Part shown: piece by piece, positions 31,858 through 42,372 of the stretch | How the letters are laid out: every line of letters starts with the position of its first letter | How positions within the stretch are numbered: position 1 is the first letter of the stretch | From: Barthelona sp. PCE | Lineage: Eukaryota | DNA length: 64,000 bases | Direction of reading: 5' to 3' | Assembly (NCBI GenBank): GCA_040285745.1 | Contig: JAUFOR010000003.1 | Span: forward strand, 806,001 to 870,000 | Program-made: the position numbers and the translations under genes | Notes under the pieces: model-generated | Databases searched by the model: none | Told to the model about the DNA's origin: nothing | Seen by the model: only the letters and a program-made list of their open reading frames with translations

Positions 31858-32712
31858 TTAAACAACACCGCCATCTTCCTCCTCTTCAAGATCAGTTCTA
31901 ATCTTGTATAGCATTGAGGTCTTCCAATTGTCAAGGGTTGCAATTGTATCGTAGTCTCTACTGATCTGACCAACAAGGTTGGCGTCCTCGGCCTCGACGG
32001 CCTCGATCAAGTTCCTCAACAACTCTTCCTCTTTCGAACGCTCAAAAGTAGCGTCAAGATCAACGAACTTTGCGTGCTCTGCCTTTGCAGCCTCGATGTC
32101 AAGATATAAGTAGCATAAACCACTCTTCAAGAACATTTCACGGACCTGAAGCCTTCTCAAACGGTCGTTAATTAATTTCTGTCCGAGTTCACTGAAAATG
32201 CGAGCAGCTTCTTCAGTCTCGTCTAGCAACGCAAGTTCATTGGCCACCTCAGTCATGAGCTTATCTCCTGATCCCTCGCAGTTCTCCTGATAGTACAGCT
32301 GAGAAGCTTGCTTGTACGCGTCTAATCCCTCTTTTTTACGGTTCCCCTCTAAATACAAGTTACCAATTTGTTCCATACGTTTAGCAGCTTGTTTGAATGA
32401 GCCAACCGTCTGCAGACGCCTGATTGCGTCGTGTAAAATCGCCACAGACTTATCGATATCAATAGCACCAAGGACATCAGCCGCTTTTAGCATATACTGT
32501 GTAACATTAAAGTTATCCTCTTCATAAACGCTTAAGCACTCGGCAGCTTTCAGGTAGGCTTCAGCAGCGGAAGCGTTGTTGTGTTCCAGCTTGAATAAGT
32601 TACCAGCCTTTACGTACGCTTCGCTTGCTTGCTCAAACTTGCCACGCTTATTGAATAACGAGAATTTATTCTCGATTCTATGTGCTCTATCAAATTGTTC
32701 TTGCCCTGACAT
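31858..32712 (-). CDS. Alpha-SNAP (Sec17)
   Basis: YVKAGNLFKL, GSFKQAAK, YDTIATLDNWKTSML. Confidence 0.9.
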   Translation of the reverse strand: MSGQEQFDRAHRIENKFSLFNKRGKFEQASEAYVKAGNLFKLEHNNASAAEAYLKAAECLSVYEEDNFNVTQYMLKAADVLGAIDIDKSVAILHDAIRRLQTVGSFKQAAKRMEQIGNLYLEGNRKKEGLDAYKQASQLYYQENCEGSGDKLMTEVANELALLDETEEAARIFSELGQKLINDRLRRLQVREMFLKSGLCYLYLDIEAAKAEHAKFVDLDATFERSKEEELLRNLIEAVEAEDANLVGQISRDYDTIATLDNWKTSMLYKIRTDLEEEEDGGVV

Positions 32713-32881
32713 TAAAGTACGAAGAAAATGTTGAATAAGTTGAATACAGTATATTTCATCGCCTTTGCTGCTAAGGTGACATTTAAATACAAGTTAGAGC
32801 CTGGGGAGACGTTTAAAAAGACCAGAATTATTGGTTACACTTATATTACTCTTTTTATTGACATTTATTTCAGTTATTCCA

Positions 32882-34072
32882 ATGGCTACCGAAATTTTAA
32901 ACAAGATCCGCGACCGCGAAGATCCCACAAACTGGTGTGTATTGGTTGGGGATAAAGATGCTCCTGAAGGATTCTCAGCTATCGATTCTGGTGTCTCAGA
33001 GAACCCTATTGAGTCCCTGAAGGGTTATTTCACTCCCGAATTCTTGGGCTGTGGTTACATTTCAATCGCCCCTATTGCAGAAAGCCAAAACAGACGTGTT
33101 ACATGTTTCTTTGTTTTCTTCGGTGATAAGAGCCCTATGGGCGCAAAGGCCAGATTCCGTGCTGTCAGGGAACAGATCGAAGAGGCCTGCTATCCCGCAC
33201 AGGTTAGTATCGAGGCAAGTGAGCACGATCACATGCACGAGGCTGACGTCATCCACAAGGCCAGGCGCTCCATGGGTGCCAACTACGGCGGTGGTGCTGG
33301 TAAGGGTGCTGGTGCACTCCCCCGCGTCGACAAGCGTCTTGTTCACGAGCCTGAACCCGAACCCGTGAAGGAAGAGGTTGTTGAGGAAGTTATCGAGGAA
33401 CCTGAACCTGAGGTTGTTGAAGAACCTGAACCTGAGGAAGAGATTATCGAAGAACCTGAGCCTGAGGAGGAGGTTGTTGAGGAACCTGAGCCTGAGGAAG
33501 AAGTCATCGAAGAACCTGAGCCTGTTGAAGAGGAGCCCGAGCCCGAAGAAGAAGTTGTTGAGGAGCCCGAACCTAAGGAGGAAGAGCCCGTTGTTGTCGC
33601 CCCTGAAGAAGTCGTTGCTGCTACCAAGGAAGAGCTCGAAGAACTCGGTGATGGCGTGTTCATCAAGGATAAGAACACATTCATGGAGTACATTGATAAG
33701 GTCAAGGCCGAAAACGACCCCACTGATGTCGTCGTCGTACAGTATTTCACCAAGCCTAAGAGCCACTTTGTGATTGCATACTGTGGTACTGGTGGTCTTG
33801 AGAAGGCCAAGGAATACCTTGATGAGGGCAAGAACTTCTGTATTCTCCTCGCTTTGGGTAACAGATATTGCTCAATTGAGTGGATTGCCACAACATGCCC
33901 AATTTCTCATATCGCAAAATTCGGTCACTCCCGTCCTATCGTTCTCGAAGCATTCGGATACGTGCATATCCCCATGGAGACGACCGATCTCAGCATGGTC
34001 ACCTCAAAGGAAATCAATGAACGCCTCCGTAGATTCAGAGGAGCTAATTATGGTGGTGGTAAGAGCCAATAA
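32882..34072 (+). CDS. Tandem ADF-H (coactosin-like) domain protein with Glu/Pro linker
   Basis: Two domains starting DPTNW/DPTDV and ending GANYGGG; ATG at 32882. Confidence 0.75.
   Translation: MATEILNKIRDREDPTNWCVLVGDKDAPEGFSAIDSGVSENPIESLKGYFTPEFLGCGYISIAPIAESQNRRVTCFFVFFGDKSPMGAKARFRAVREQIEEACYPAQVSIEASEHDHMHEADVIHKARRSMGANYGGGAGKGAGALPRVDKRLVHEPEPEPVKEEVVEEVIEEPEPEVVEEPEPEEEIIEEPEPEEEVVEEPEPEEEVIEEPEPVEEEPEPEEEVVEEPEPKEEEPVVVAPEEVVAATKEELEELGDGVFIKDKNTFMEYIDKVKAENDPTDVVVVQYFTKPKSHFVIAYCGTGGLEKAKEYLDEGKNFCILLALGNRYCSIEWIATTCPISHIAKFGHSRPIVLEAFGYVHIPMETTDLSMVTSKEINERLRRFRGANYGGGKSQ
33347..33590 (+). repeat. Coding imperfect ~30-nt repeat (EPEPEEEVVE)
   Basis: Repeated gaacctgagcctgaggaag units. 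Confidence 0.85.
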
Positions 34073-34105
34073 CGTGTAAAGTATTTTACTATGGTTTTCC
34101 TGAAG

Positions 34106-34789
34106 CTATAACTGTGACAGAACTTTGGTATCCGAAAATGTAAAATCATCATCATCTGACTCGATTGTAACTTTACCTATCGATACTGTTACCGGTTTCG
34201 GTTCCATTGGAGGAAGCAATGGCCCTTCTCCCGGCCCAATCATCTCGGAGGTCTCTTCTGTAAGGCCTAATTTACGTGGAAAAAGTGTAACTCGCACAGT
34301 ATCCAGTTCAGGCTGTTTGTGCTTGTATTTTGCCATTCCAGGTACGTACTCGAGCTGAAACTCGTCCTCTTCGTCGCTGATCTCGCATATAAACTTCTTT
34401 CGTGATGTTCTGCCGGTTATTGGTGTTTGCAGTGAAAATCCCCTGCCCTTTCCTTTAGAAAATTTGGCAATACTTCTGCTCGGTTTTGCATTGTGAAACG
34501 ATCCCCTTGTGGATATTCTGGGTGTCACAATGCTGCGTTTAGTAGAACTATTTGGAGTTATTGAAACCGATTTGGTAGTATCACGAGAACTGTTTGTCAG
34601 CAAACCCTCGTTAATATCAATCATTTTATGATCCACACGCGAAGGATCCTCCGCCAACTGTGCGTTAGAGAAAGCATCTTCCGTCTGCGTCAATGTAGAT
34701 ATCACAGCACTGACTTCTTCGCGTGCTGGAATCTGTAAACTCTTAAAATGTGGTTCCCAGTGATACAAATCAGATAATACTATCTGCAT
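34106..34789 (-). CDS. Hypothetical protein
   Basis: 227-aa ORF, Ser/Thr-rich; AGTAAA after the stop. Confidence 0.65.
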   Translation of the reverse strand: MQIVLSDLYHWEPHFKSLQIPAREEVSAVISTLTQTEDAFSNAQLAEDPSRVDHKMIDINEGLLTNSSRDTTKSVSITPNSSTKRSIVTPRISTRGSFHNAKPSRSIAKFSKGKGRGFSLQTPITGRTSRKKFICEISDEEDEFQLEYVPGMAKYKHKQPELDTVRVTLFPRKLGLTEETSEMIGPGEGPLLPPMEPKPVTVSIGKVTIESDDDDFTFSDTKVLSQL

Positions 34790-35091
34790 ATCACATTTAA
34801 AATCACGAAAGCACCAATCTAAAAGGTTGCGATTCTTGAAAAGGATGTTTTAGCAAAAAACAGGATTTTAATGTGATGGAGGACTGCTAATTTTAGCTTA
34901 AATACCAGTTGCAGCTCCAGTGATGCTGAAAAGTGTTATACATCATTTCCTGCACAATGTTGGATATTAGCTTCAATTTTTTTGAAAACCCAACTCAGAA
35001 ATGTCTGTAAACACATATGCTGTCACCAAAGGAAACATAAATGCAATAAAACTGTTCAAGTTCATATTTACTCTAAAAGATCGGAACCTGT

Positions 35092-35541
35092 TTACTTGGC
35101 GTAACCGACAACGTTACCACGACGACCAGTGGCCTTGGTACGCTGACCACGAACCTTGACTCTCCAGTGATGACGGAAACCTCTGTTGGTACGGATCTTC
35201 TTCTGGAACTGGATAGCGGTTCTGAGATGAGACACAACATCAGATGAAACGAGCTGGCCAGTCTCACCGGTGATGGGATCTCTCTGCATGTTCATGAACC
35301 AGGCAGGGAACTTGTATTCCGTGGGGTTGTTGATGACGGTAAGGAGACGATCGATTTCCTCACTTGAGAGCTCACCACAGCGCTTGTCGGTGTCAACATC
35401 AGCGGCCTTGCAGACGAGGTGAGCAAAACGACGGCCAACACCCTTAATACCGGTCAAAGCGAAAGCAACCTTAGTTTTTCCGTTAAGATTCGTGTTAAGG
35501 ACACGAACCATGTACTCGAAATTGTCAGCGAGAACTACCAT
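35092..35541 (-). CDS. RPS18: 40S ribosomal protein S18
   Basis: VRVLNTNLNG, ALTGIKGVGRR, KVRGQRTKATGRRG. Confidence 0.96.
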   Translation of the reverse strand: MVVLADNFEYMVRVLNTNLNGKTKVAFALTGIKGVGRRFAHLVCKAADVDTDKRCGELSSEEIDRLLTVINNPTEYKFPAWFMNMQRDPITGETGQLVSSDVVSHLRTAIQFQKKIRTNRGFRHHWRVKVRGQRTKATGRRGNVVGYAK

Positions 35542-35938
35542 TCTTGTAAATTAGGTTGACAATAGTAAAGGAAGTTTTTCCTTATTTACTTCAGCTTGGA
35601 GTACTGCCAATGGCTGCACAGCGCTGTTGGTTGATAAAAAAAAGGCATAACGCATAAACAAACAGATATTCACAAAATTCTATATCGATTCTTTGCTTAA
35701 TACGTTACTCAGCTTGTTTGTACATGCTTTTACCCATATTACACATGTTAGTAGACCATGAATGCCACTATCTTTCGTATAGTGTTAGTATTCTTTTTGC
35801 AGTTGACTAATCACAATCTGCACATACGCAACTCACTTTTTGGTTTCAAAATCGCATATTACACACCTAAACTACATAAATCTTACACCATCATCAAAAG
35901 AACATCATAGCCGGCACTAAACTATTTATTTTCTCATT

Positions 35939-37846
35939 CTAAGAAATAAGTCCCTTTTGTTTGAAAAGAGCAACGGGAGACAGATCTACCTTTCCTGTAA
36001 TAGCCTTTAAAGCATCCAAAGGACAATAATATGCGCATTTCTCCAAAAAGTACTTACTATACAACTCCTTGTCAAAATCTGCCCAAATAGCAGCCTGCAT
36101 CACGTCGGAAATGAAGTATCCGTAGTATCCGGCGACATAGCAATCTCCCCAAATATGATTGAATGATGCGGCAAATCTATTTTCAACAGGGGGCTTGATA
36201 CCGTACATCTCCTCATATGAGCTCTGGAACATGGTGTGGATTCCTGCGCTGATCACCTCCTCGGCGGGCGACGTGTGGATCTCAAGGTCAAAGAGAGCAT
36301 TAGCCATAAGGTACGCATACCTCGAGAAAACCTTGAAGTTCTTCTTCTCAATCATCACATTCAGCAAATCTTCAGGAATACACTCCCCTTTTGAGTTCTT
36401 GAAGAAAGGGCCCATGTCGGCACAGGGGATGAGCTCCTCAAGGAACTGAGAGGCAACCTCTACGACGTCCCAATCGATCGTGTTAAAGTCAGACATGATG
36501 CTCTGTGCCATCTCCGGCAGATCATTAGGTGCACACAGTCCGTTAATACAGTGGCCGAACTCATGCAGTAGCGTCTGGACGTTACGCATTTTGACAAATT
36601 TCTCGGGTGTGGGCACGATCGCGCACGATACAAAATACACGCAGTGTGCCCCCTCGTAACATGTCGTCAAGCACTCGCAGAATCCTGTTGTATTTTTGCC
36701 CTCGCGGAACCAAGGATCAAAGATAACGTATCCACTGATCTTCCCTGCCTGCTTGAACTCGAACTTATACATATCCTCGTACCAAGCTGTTGGGAAGGGT
36801 ACCTCCTTCATCTCCATATCGAACATGTCCTTAAGAACGTGTTGCATGTAAGTGAATGCGTTTTCGAGAGTAAGGTACTCGTTGATCGCTTCAGGGTCAA
36901 AATCAAAACGTTCCTTCTCCATACGCTCAAGATAGAAACCTAGATCCCAAGGTTCGATTCCATGACCTGCATACTCCTCCAGCTCTGCCATGCGTCCGGG
37001 AACGACGTCCTCCTTGAGGATACGGGCTCCCTCGTCACACACAGCTTTGACCTCATCCAATGGAATTGCCTTGTTCATCACATTATAAACTTCAGCAATG
37101 TGCGGCAAAGAAAGCATCTCTGCGATCGTCTCTCTCTTCCTGAGAATCTCGGCCATGACTTCTTCATTGTCGTCTGGTTTGTTAACATACTCAATATAAA
37201 TGCGACGGCGGACTTCTCTGTTCTCAATCTGTTTCAATATATTCGCTATGATGACAGGAGAAAGTAGGATGTAAGTCCCTTCGTCGTCGCTCTTCAAGAC
37301 AGACTCAATGTCGGAAGCAGCTACCCCCTTCAGTTCGTCGTGGGTGACGTAGTGCTTCCTCTGATTAAAGAGTTTCACGTTGTGCTGGAACGTGCTAGAG
37401 TGCTGCGCCACCTCGGTCCATAGCTGTGTCACGCGTTCACGGTCGGCTGGATCCAGCAACAGACCCTTTGTCTGGAAATTTCCTTTAAAGAAATGTGCAA
37501 CACGTTTGTGAACATAATCGTCGCTTTCGCTCAGACGCTTGAACACCTTGGCCAGGGTTTCGTTCTGGAAAAGCTCGCCGATGAACTCTGAATAGAGCTT
37601 TGACAGGTCACCCTGAATTGCAGAGAATTCCACCATAAGACGGCCCAAAGTCTCTGCCACGCAGTAATAATAGTTCCTGTACAGGAAGTATGCCTTATTA
37701 AATAAAGCAACAAAGTCATCTAGCTCCATATCAACAGTAACTGTATTTATGAGTTCACGAGCCTCAGCGATGAGACAACGGTATTCTTCTACGCGTTCCT
37801 GCGTAGGCTCAAGTTTTGTATAATCAAAATCGTGTGTGAAGTGCAT
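35939..37846 (-). CDS. M3 family metallopeptidase (oligopeptidase A-like)
   Basis: TLLHEFGH, WDVVEVASQFLE, FNHIWG..YVAGYYGY; likely ATG at 37846. Confidence 0.9.
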   Translation of the reverse strand: MHFTHDFDYTKLEPTQERVEEYRCLIAEARELINTVTVDMELDDFVALFNKAYFLYRNYYYCVAETLGRLMVEFSAIQGDLSKLYSEFIGELFQNETLAKVFKRLSESDDYVHKRVAHFFKGNFQTKGLLLDPADRERVTQLWTEVAQHSSTFQHNVKLFNQRKHYVTHDELKGVAASDIESVLKSDDEGTYILLSPVIIANILKQIENREVRRRIYIEYVNKPDDNEEVMAEILRKRETIAEMLSLPHIAEVYNVMNKAIPLDEVKAVCDEGARILKEDVVPGRMAELEEYAGHGIEPWDLGFYLERMEKERFDFDPEAINEYLTLENAFTYMQHVLKDMFDMEMKEVPFPTAWYEDMYKFEFKQAGKISGYVIFDPWFREGKNTTGFCECLTTCYEGAHCVYFVSCAIVPTPEKFVKMRNVQTLLHEFGHCINGLCAPNDLPEMAQSIMSDFNTIDWDVVEVASQFLEELIPCADMGPFFKNSKGECIPEDLLNVMIEKKNFKVFSRYAYLMANALFDLEIHTSPAEEVISAGIHTMFQSSYEEMYGIKPPVENRFAASFNHIWGDCYVAGYYGYFISDVMQAAIWADFDKELYSKYFLEKCAYYCPLDALKAITGKVDLSPVALFKQKGLIS

Positions 37847-37946
37847 TAAAAGGGGAAAGAAAGGTATAACATCATATTTGTCAGAAAGTATCCAATTACA
37901 GGACATGTATCTGCGCTTGAACCACAAAAACCCAACTCAAATTGCT

Positions 37947-38843
37947 TTATTTCTCTGCTTTTCTAGCTTTTTCTTTAAGCTCTTCCAACACCTCCTTTTC
38001 CTTTTCTTCCTTCTGTTTACGGAGCATAACACGGTTATCTATAACGTCGTGCACAATGGTGAGTAAAGATCCTGTCGCTGCAGTGAGTGAAGCGGCAGCA
38101 ATTTCCTGTGTGACCACTGCCAGTGCCTCTGCCACACGCTGATCTTTTGCGGAAGGTTTCGTTGTAATGACGTCCTGTAGGAGCAGTAACACACGCCTGA
38201 CAGACGGTTTTGTGATATCAGCAACCTCCAGAAACGACAAAACCTGAGCAATCTGCTCCCTCAACGCATCCGTTGCTCTTCTCTTATTAGCAATGTTCGA
38301 CGACACGGTCTCCTCCTGGTGCCCCTTGATATCTCTCAGTAAATACTCAACTCCAATCATCTCAGCTTCCAATTCACCTCGTTCGCATGCAATTGGGGAC
38401 ATGGTCTCAACAACCTCGCGGCCGTCAGCAGATGATGTGATAGTGGAACAATACGCCTTTGCTGGGAAATCATGTGATCCACCCGTCTGGATAAGAACAT
38501 AAACTGGATTTGTGCTAAACTGCTTAAATATTTTCTGGATTTGTATGTCAGAGTTTGACAGAGACGTACCTGTGGAGTACCAACCTACAATTCTTTCGTG
38601 ACTGCTGACTTTCTTGAAGAGGGAATACATATTCTCAACAAACTGAGAGTCGAGGAAAACAACACCTTCCTCGGACTCCTCAAACGGAATGCCGTAGCAG
38701 TTGATAACGTCTACTACGCCACGTGTTTTGGAACCCAACAATACGCCGATAACTCTCTGATCATCCTTTTCAGGATCCTGGACTCGCTCATAGTGGTCAA
38801 TGACGCTCAAAAGCACTGTGGGATGCAGGATTACTTTGTGCAT
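37947..38843 (-). CDS. RPN8: 26S proteasome subunit Rpn8/PSMD7 (MPN domain)
   Basis: HPTVLLSVIDH, RVIGVLLG, ENMYSLFKKV, IVGWYSTG, EAEMIGVEYLLRDIK. Confidence 0.85.
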   Translation of the reverse strand: MHKVILHPTVLLSVIDHYERVQDPEKDDQRVIGVLLGSKTRGVVDVINCYGIPFEESEEGVVFLDSQFVENMYSLFKKVSSHERIVGWYSTGTSLSNSDIQIQKIFKQFSTNPVYVLIQTGGSHDFPAKAYCSTITSSADGREVVETMSPIACERGELEAEMIGVEYLLRDIKGHQEETVSSNIANKRRATDALREQIAQVLSFLEVADITKPSVRRVLLLLQDVITTKPSAKDQRVAEALAVVTQEIAAASLTAATGSLLTIVHDVIDNRVMLRKQKEEKEKEVLEELKEKARKAEK

Positions 38844-39110
38844 GATTTGAAATGGGATAAAAAAAAATAATACAGCTACATTCTTTAACGAATGTATCTT
38901 ATATCCTTGGGAAATGGTTTATATGTGTATTAAAATTAATTTGGCACTACTGAATCTTGGCCCTGCGCAAAAAATGAAATACCATAACTCATCACTTGGT
39001 ATTTGCCGTTATTAAGGTCAATTCATAATCTAAAACGAGTCTAAACCTTCTATTCCATCCCTGTCAACCGATAAGCAAAACAGAATGGCGTATTCATAAT
39101 TTCCTCCATA

Positions 39111-39680
39111 ATGTTCGTATCTCGGCACGTTTTGCTGCTGGGTATTTTTTTGGGAGTGGTGTGCTGGGCTAATTCCACCACGGGCACACATCAAAGCAAC
39201 GGTAACGCAAAAAGCAATCCTAATACCGTTCCACAACCTTTGTTAAAGTGGTTTGACATCACTTGCTTCTCGTTCTCGTTCAATCATGGACGCTTCAACG
39301 CGAGTGCAAGATATAACTCACTAAACGGACAGGTTATTTACAATGGTTTTCTCAATCATTGGGGTAATATAATTTCCGCTGAAATTAAACTTCTGCCTGA
39401 TAAAAAACAGAGCGAACTGACGATAAACGGGACATTGGTGGTATTTTCATACGATTTACCTCACCTAGAAACAAACTGGGTTTCAAGCCTTCAGTATATT
39501 GGAGAATATCAAGGTTTCCACCGATTTTCAAGACCGTTTGGCCTGGGACTCGTCACATACTGGCAGTATCCTGACGGAAAACCGTATGCTATCACGTTTC
39601 CAAGTCTAAATTTTGCAAAAGGAGTTATGCCAGAAGGTCTTCTTATTGAGTTTAAAACAACTCCCTGGCCATGCCCGTAG
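39111..39680 (+). CDS. Hypothetical secreted protein
   Basis: N-terminal hydrophobic signal-like segment; beta-rich. Confidence 0.65.
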   Translation: MFVSRHVLLLGIFLGVVCWANSTTGTHQSNGNAKSNPNTVPQPLLKWFDITCFSFSFNHGRFNASARYNSLNGQVIYNGFLNHWGNIISAEIKLLPDKKQSELTINGTLVVFSYDLPHLETNWVSSLQYIGEYQGFHRFSRPFGLGLVTYWQYPDGKPYAITFPSLNFAKGVMPEGLLIEFKTTPWPCP

Positions 39681-39688
39681 GTTAAAAT

Positions 39689-40054
39689 TCACGATTCACA
39701 TGCCCACATATCTTCTTCATCACATGTTTCATGTGCGATACGATCGTAGTAGTCTATTTCATCATACTCTCGCCATAGTTCCTCCTCCTCGTGTCTTTCG
39801 GCAGCTATTTCATCAACTGTCTGCCCCTCGTGACAGAAATCTTCATAAAAATCAAGTTCATCCTCAATAAAAGCTTCAACGTCATAATCTTCACAGAAAT
39901 CTTCCTTCAACCGCTTGAAGAATGCTGGAAGTGTGTTCTTCCTGCGGTTTTCATTTAGTATTCGTTGTCGCTTAATCCTAGTTGGTGATAGTTGATTTGA
40001 ACGATTAAATACTTCTCTTTTTCTATCATACTCTGTCCCAAATGATCCAATCAT
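39689..40054 (-). CDS. Hypothetical protein with acidic C-terminus
   Basis: ORF fills the gap; first ATG at 40054. Confidence 0.55.
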   Translation of the reverse strand: MIGSFGTEYDRKREVFNRSNQLSPTRIKRQRILNENRRKNTLPAFFKRLKEDFCEDYDVEAFIEDELDFYEDFCHEGQTVDEIAAERHEEEELWREYDEIDYYDRIAHETCDEEDMWACES

Positions 40055-40129
40055 ATAAATAACTCCCAAGCAGCCATTTTAAAACCCAAAAACAGCGAAA
40101 GATTAGAAAATTTAATTTACACAACGATC

Positions 40130-42283
40130 CTACTTTCTAGGTCGTGATCCTGGGCGTTTCTTCTTACCTCTGCCCTTCTTGCTCTCTTCTTCAATACGAC
40201 GCTCCTCTTCAAGCTTCTTAACATGAATTCTAGCCTGGTGTCCTCTCCACACACTTTGAATACAAGTTGCGCTGTCTCTCCTCAAGTTTCTGAGCTTTTC
40301 TGGGTCGACACAGCCCTCGTGGAAGTCCCAAGATGTCATTTTTCCGCTCAAAACACGAATGACAAGATGCACAGGCGAGGTCTCGTGTCTGAACTCAGCA
40401 ATCAACGATAACGCGACGCACATTTCGTACAGCGACATGGTGTCGTATATGTGATACTCCTCGAGTCCCAAAAGCTCCATCATGCGGTCTACGGTCATGT
40501 CCTCCAACAATGGGAAGTGCGCAAAAAACCCTACTCTGTTACACAGCAATAAAAGACTCTGCCAGGTGGGGTAGCCCTGGTAGACGGGGGATATCTCCTT
40601 GGTGATATCAACCAGCTTGTTAAACACGGTCTGGATATCGTTGTTGCGGACAGTCATTCTTATTGTGTTTGACTGCTTTGGCTCTGTCAAAGAAGGATAC
40701 ACTGGTGCAGAGTAGTGTTTCAGTGTGAGCAGCACAGACTCCAGCTGGTTACTCTTCAGTTTCCACTTCATCTCTGGTGACGGTTCGTCCAAGAAGGTTC
40801 TGAACATAAAGCCGAGTGAGTCTGTGAGGGAGATCGGCTGCAGGTGCGTTGTGATGAGGGGCGATATCCTAATCATGAACTCCAGGAATTCCACCATGCG
40901 CACCTTTGTATCTGGCTTAATCTTGGGTTCTTCACCTACAACCTCTTGTCTGTACAGATCGACAGGCTTGATGCTCTCAAGAATGCGACGGGCCTCCCCG
41001 ATACAGTCGTTGACAATGTAGATCAAGCCGAGATCGTGCAACATTCGCTGCATCTGGAAAAAAGTGAGGTCATCAGCTGGGCTGGCTGAATCAGGCAGCT
41101 CTCGTTGGCACACTGTGGGCTGATATGGCATCTGAGTCGGCATCTGGTCCTCGTCCTCCGATGGGTAGAAGAGAGGCTGGAACGTACCAGAGGCGTAGTA
41201 TTCATACAAAAACCTGAAGCGCGGTAAATGCGCCATTAGGAAGTTATCAATCCTTCTGAGCTGCTCTGTGATGGCTGATCCGCTCTTAAACACGGGAGGG
41301 AGCGCATCGCTAACATCCAGGCAGAAATACGGGTCTCCAACGGCAGGCAACGTCCTTGTCTTACCGATGATCTTGTCATCGATCCATTCTCCTTCAGTGC
41401 TGTAACCTGTCGCCTCCATTAGCATACCCTTTCCGTGCTTCATGTTATTGACAAACTCTCCGAAGAAGCAGCTGTGGTCGGAGAAATAGAAAACTCCCTT
41501 ACCGTTGCGGTTACTCTTCTCAAAATAACCGTAGTACTCGTTCACCAGTTCATTCGCACCTTCGTAGTAGAAGATCTGAGACCCCAGGCCTGAGCGCTTT
41601 CCGTGCTCGAACGGACCTTCGTATTCTTCAACCAAAAACGTTTCTTCGTTGAAAATTCGTAGAGTACCTTTCCCGTGTCGCTCATTTTCCAAGAAATCAC
41701 CACTGTACTGGCACTTGATGTGTCCACTCGTGTAATGGCAGTCTCCATACCCTGTTCTCTTGCCGTACACAAAATCACCCTGATACTTATAACCATCACT
41801 GATGATCATTCCTGAACCATGTTTCTTATTGTACTCCCACTCTCCGTGGTACACAGCGAAGTGCGGCCCGGGACCCTGCATGGTTCCGTTTCCGTGACGA
41901 ACAGAGTTGATACACTCACCATGATAGATACAACCATCACTGTACAAGATAGTACAGTTTCCAACAGGTTTTCCCTCGATGAAATCACCATGCACAACAA
42001 CTCCGTTCTGATACTTCATCATGCCCTTGCCATGCGGTTCCCCGCGGAGGAAGAATCCATCATAAACAACATCATTTAAGAAAACAGCTGTTCCTGTCTC
42101 CTCTGGTAGGCCAGTGAGGCCAATGGTGCCTTCGTATGCCTTCATCACACTTGCTGCATGAGGTGAAAAGCCCTCAGGAATGTAAGAAGGTATTTTCACT
42201 TCTGAAACACGCTTCTCTGTCTGTTCTTTCAGTTTCTGCATGTGCTCCCGTGCCTGCTCAACTGTCGTGTCGTAAAAATACAT
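40130..42283 (-). CDS. MORN-repeat protein with C-terminal IQ motif (RSPH10B-like)
   Basis: Multiple YxGxFxxGxxHGxG repeats; IQSVWRGHQAR. Confidence 0.8.
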   Translation of the reverse strand: MYFYDTTVEQAREHMQKLKEQTEKRVSEVKIPSYIPEGFSPHAASVMKAYEGTIGLTGLPEETGTAVFLNDVVYDGFFLRGEPHGKGMMKYQNGVVVHGDFIEGKPVGNCTILYSDGCIYHGECINSVRHGNGTMQGPGPHFAVYHGEWEYNKKHGSGMIISDGYKYQGDFVYGKRTGYGDCHYTSGHIKCQYSGDFLENERHGKGTLRIFNEETFLVEEYEGPFEHGKRSGLGSQIFYYEGANELVNEYYGYFEKSNRNGKGVFYFSDHSCFFGEFVNNMKHGKGMLMEATGYSTEGEWIDDKIIGKTRTLPAVGDPYFCLDVSDALPPVFKSGSAITEQLRRIDNFLMAHLPRFRFLYEYYASGTFQPLFYPSEDEDQMPTQMPYQPTVCQRELPDSASPADDLTFFQMQRMLHDLGLIYIVNDCIGEARRILESIKPVDLYRQEVVGEEPKIKPDTKVRMVEFLEFMIRISPLITTHLQPISLTDSLGFMFRTFLDEPSPEMKWKLKSNQLESVLLTLKHYSAPVYPSLTEPKQSNTIRMTVRNNDIQTVFNKLVDITKEISPVYQGYPTWQSLLLLCNRVGFFAHFPLLEDMTVDRMMELLGLEEYHIYDTMSLYEMCVALSLIAEFRHETSPVHLVIRVLSGKMTSWDFHEGCVDPEKLRNLRRDSATCIQSVWRGHQARIHVKKLEEERRIEEESKKGRGKKKRPGSRPRK

Positions 42284-42372
42284 GTTACACGACAAAAATT
42301 CGTTTAAAAAGGTATAATTCAGAAAACAATCCCTTTCGTCGAAAATTGTCTTTTTCTTGCACTTTTTCGAAC

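Noticed and set aside
34872-34930. Possible C/D box snoRNA (GTGATGG...CTGA)
   Set aside because: Imperfect C box, no terminal stem and no convincing rRNA antisense guide.
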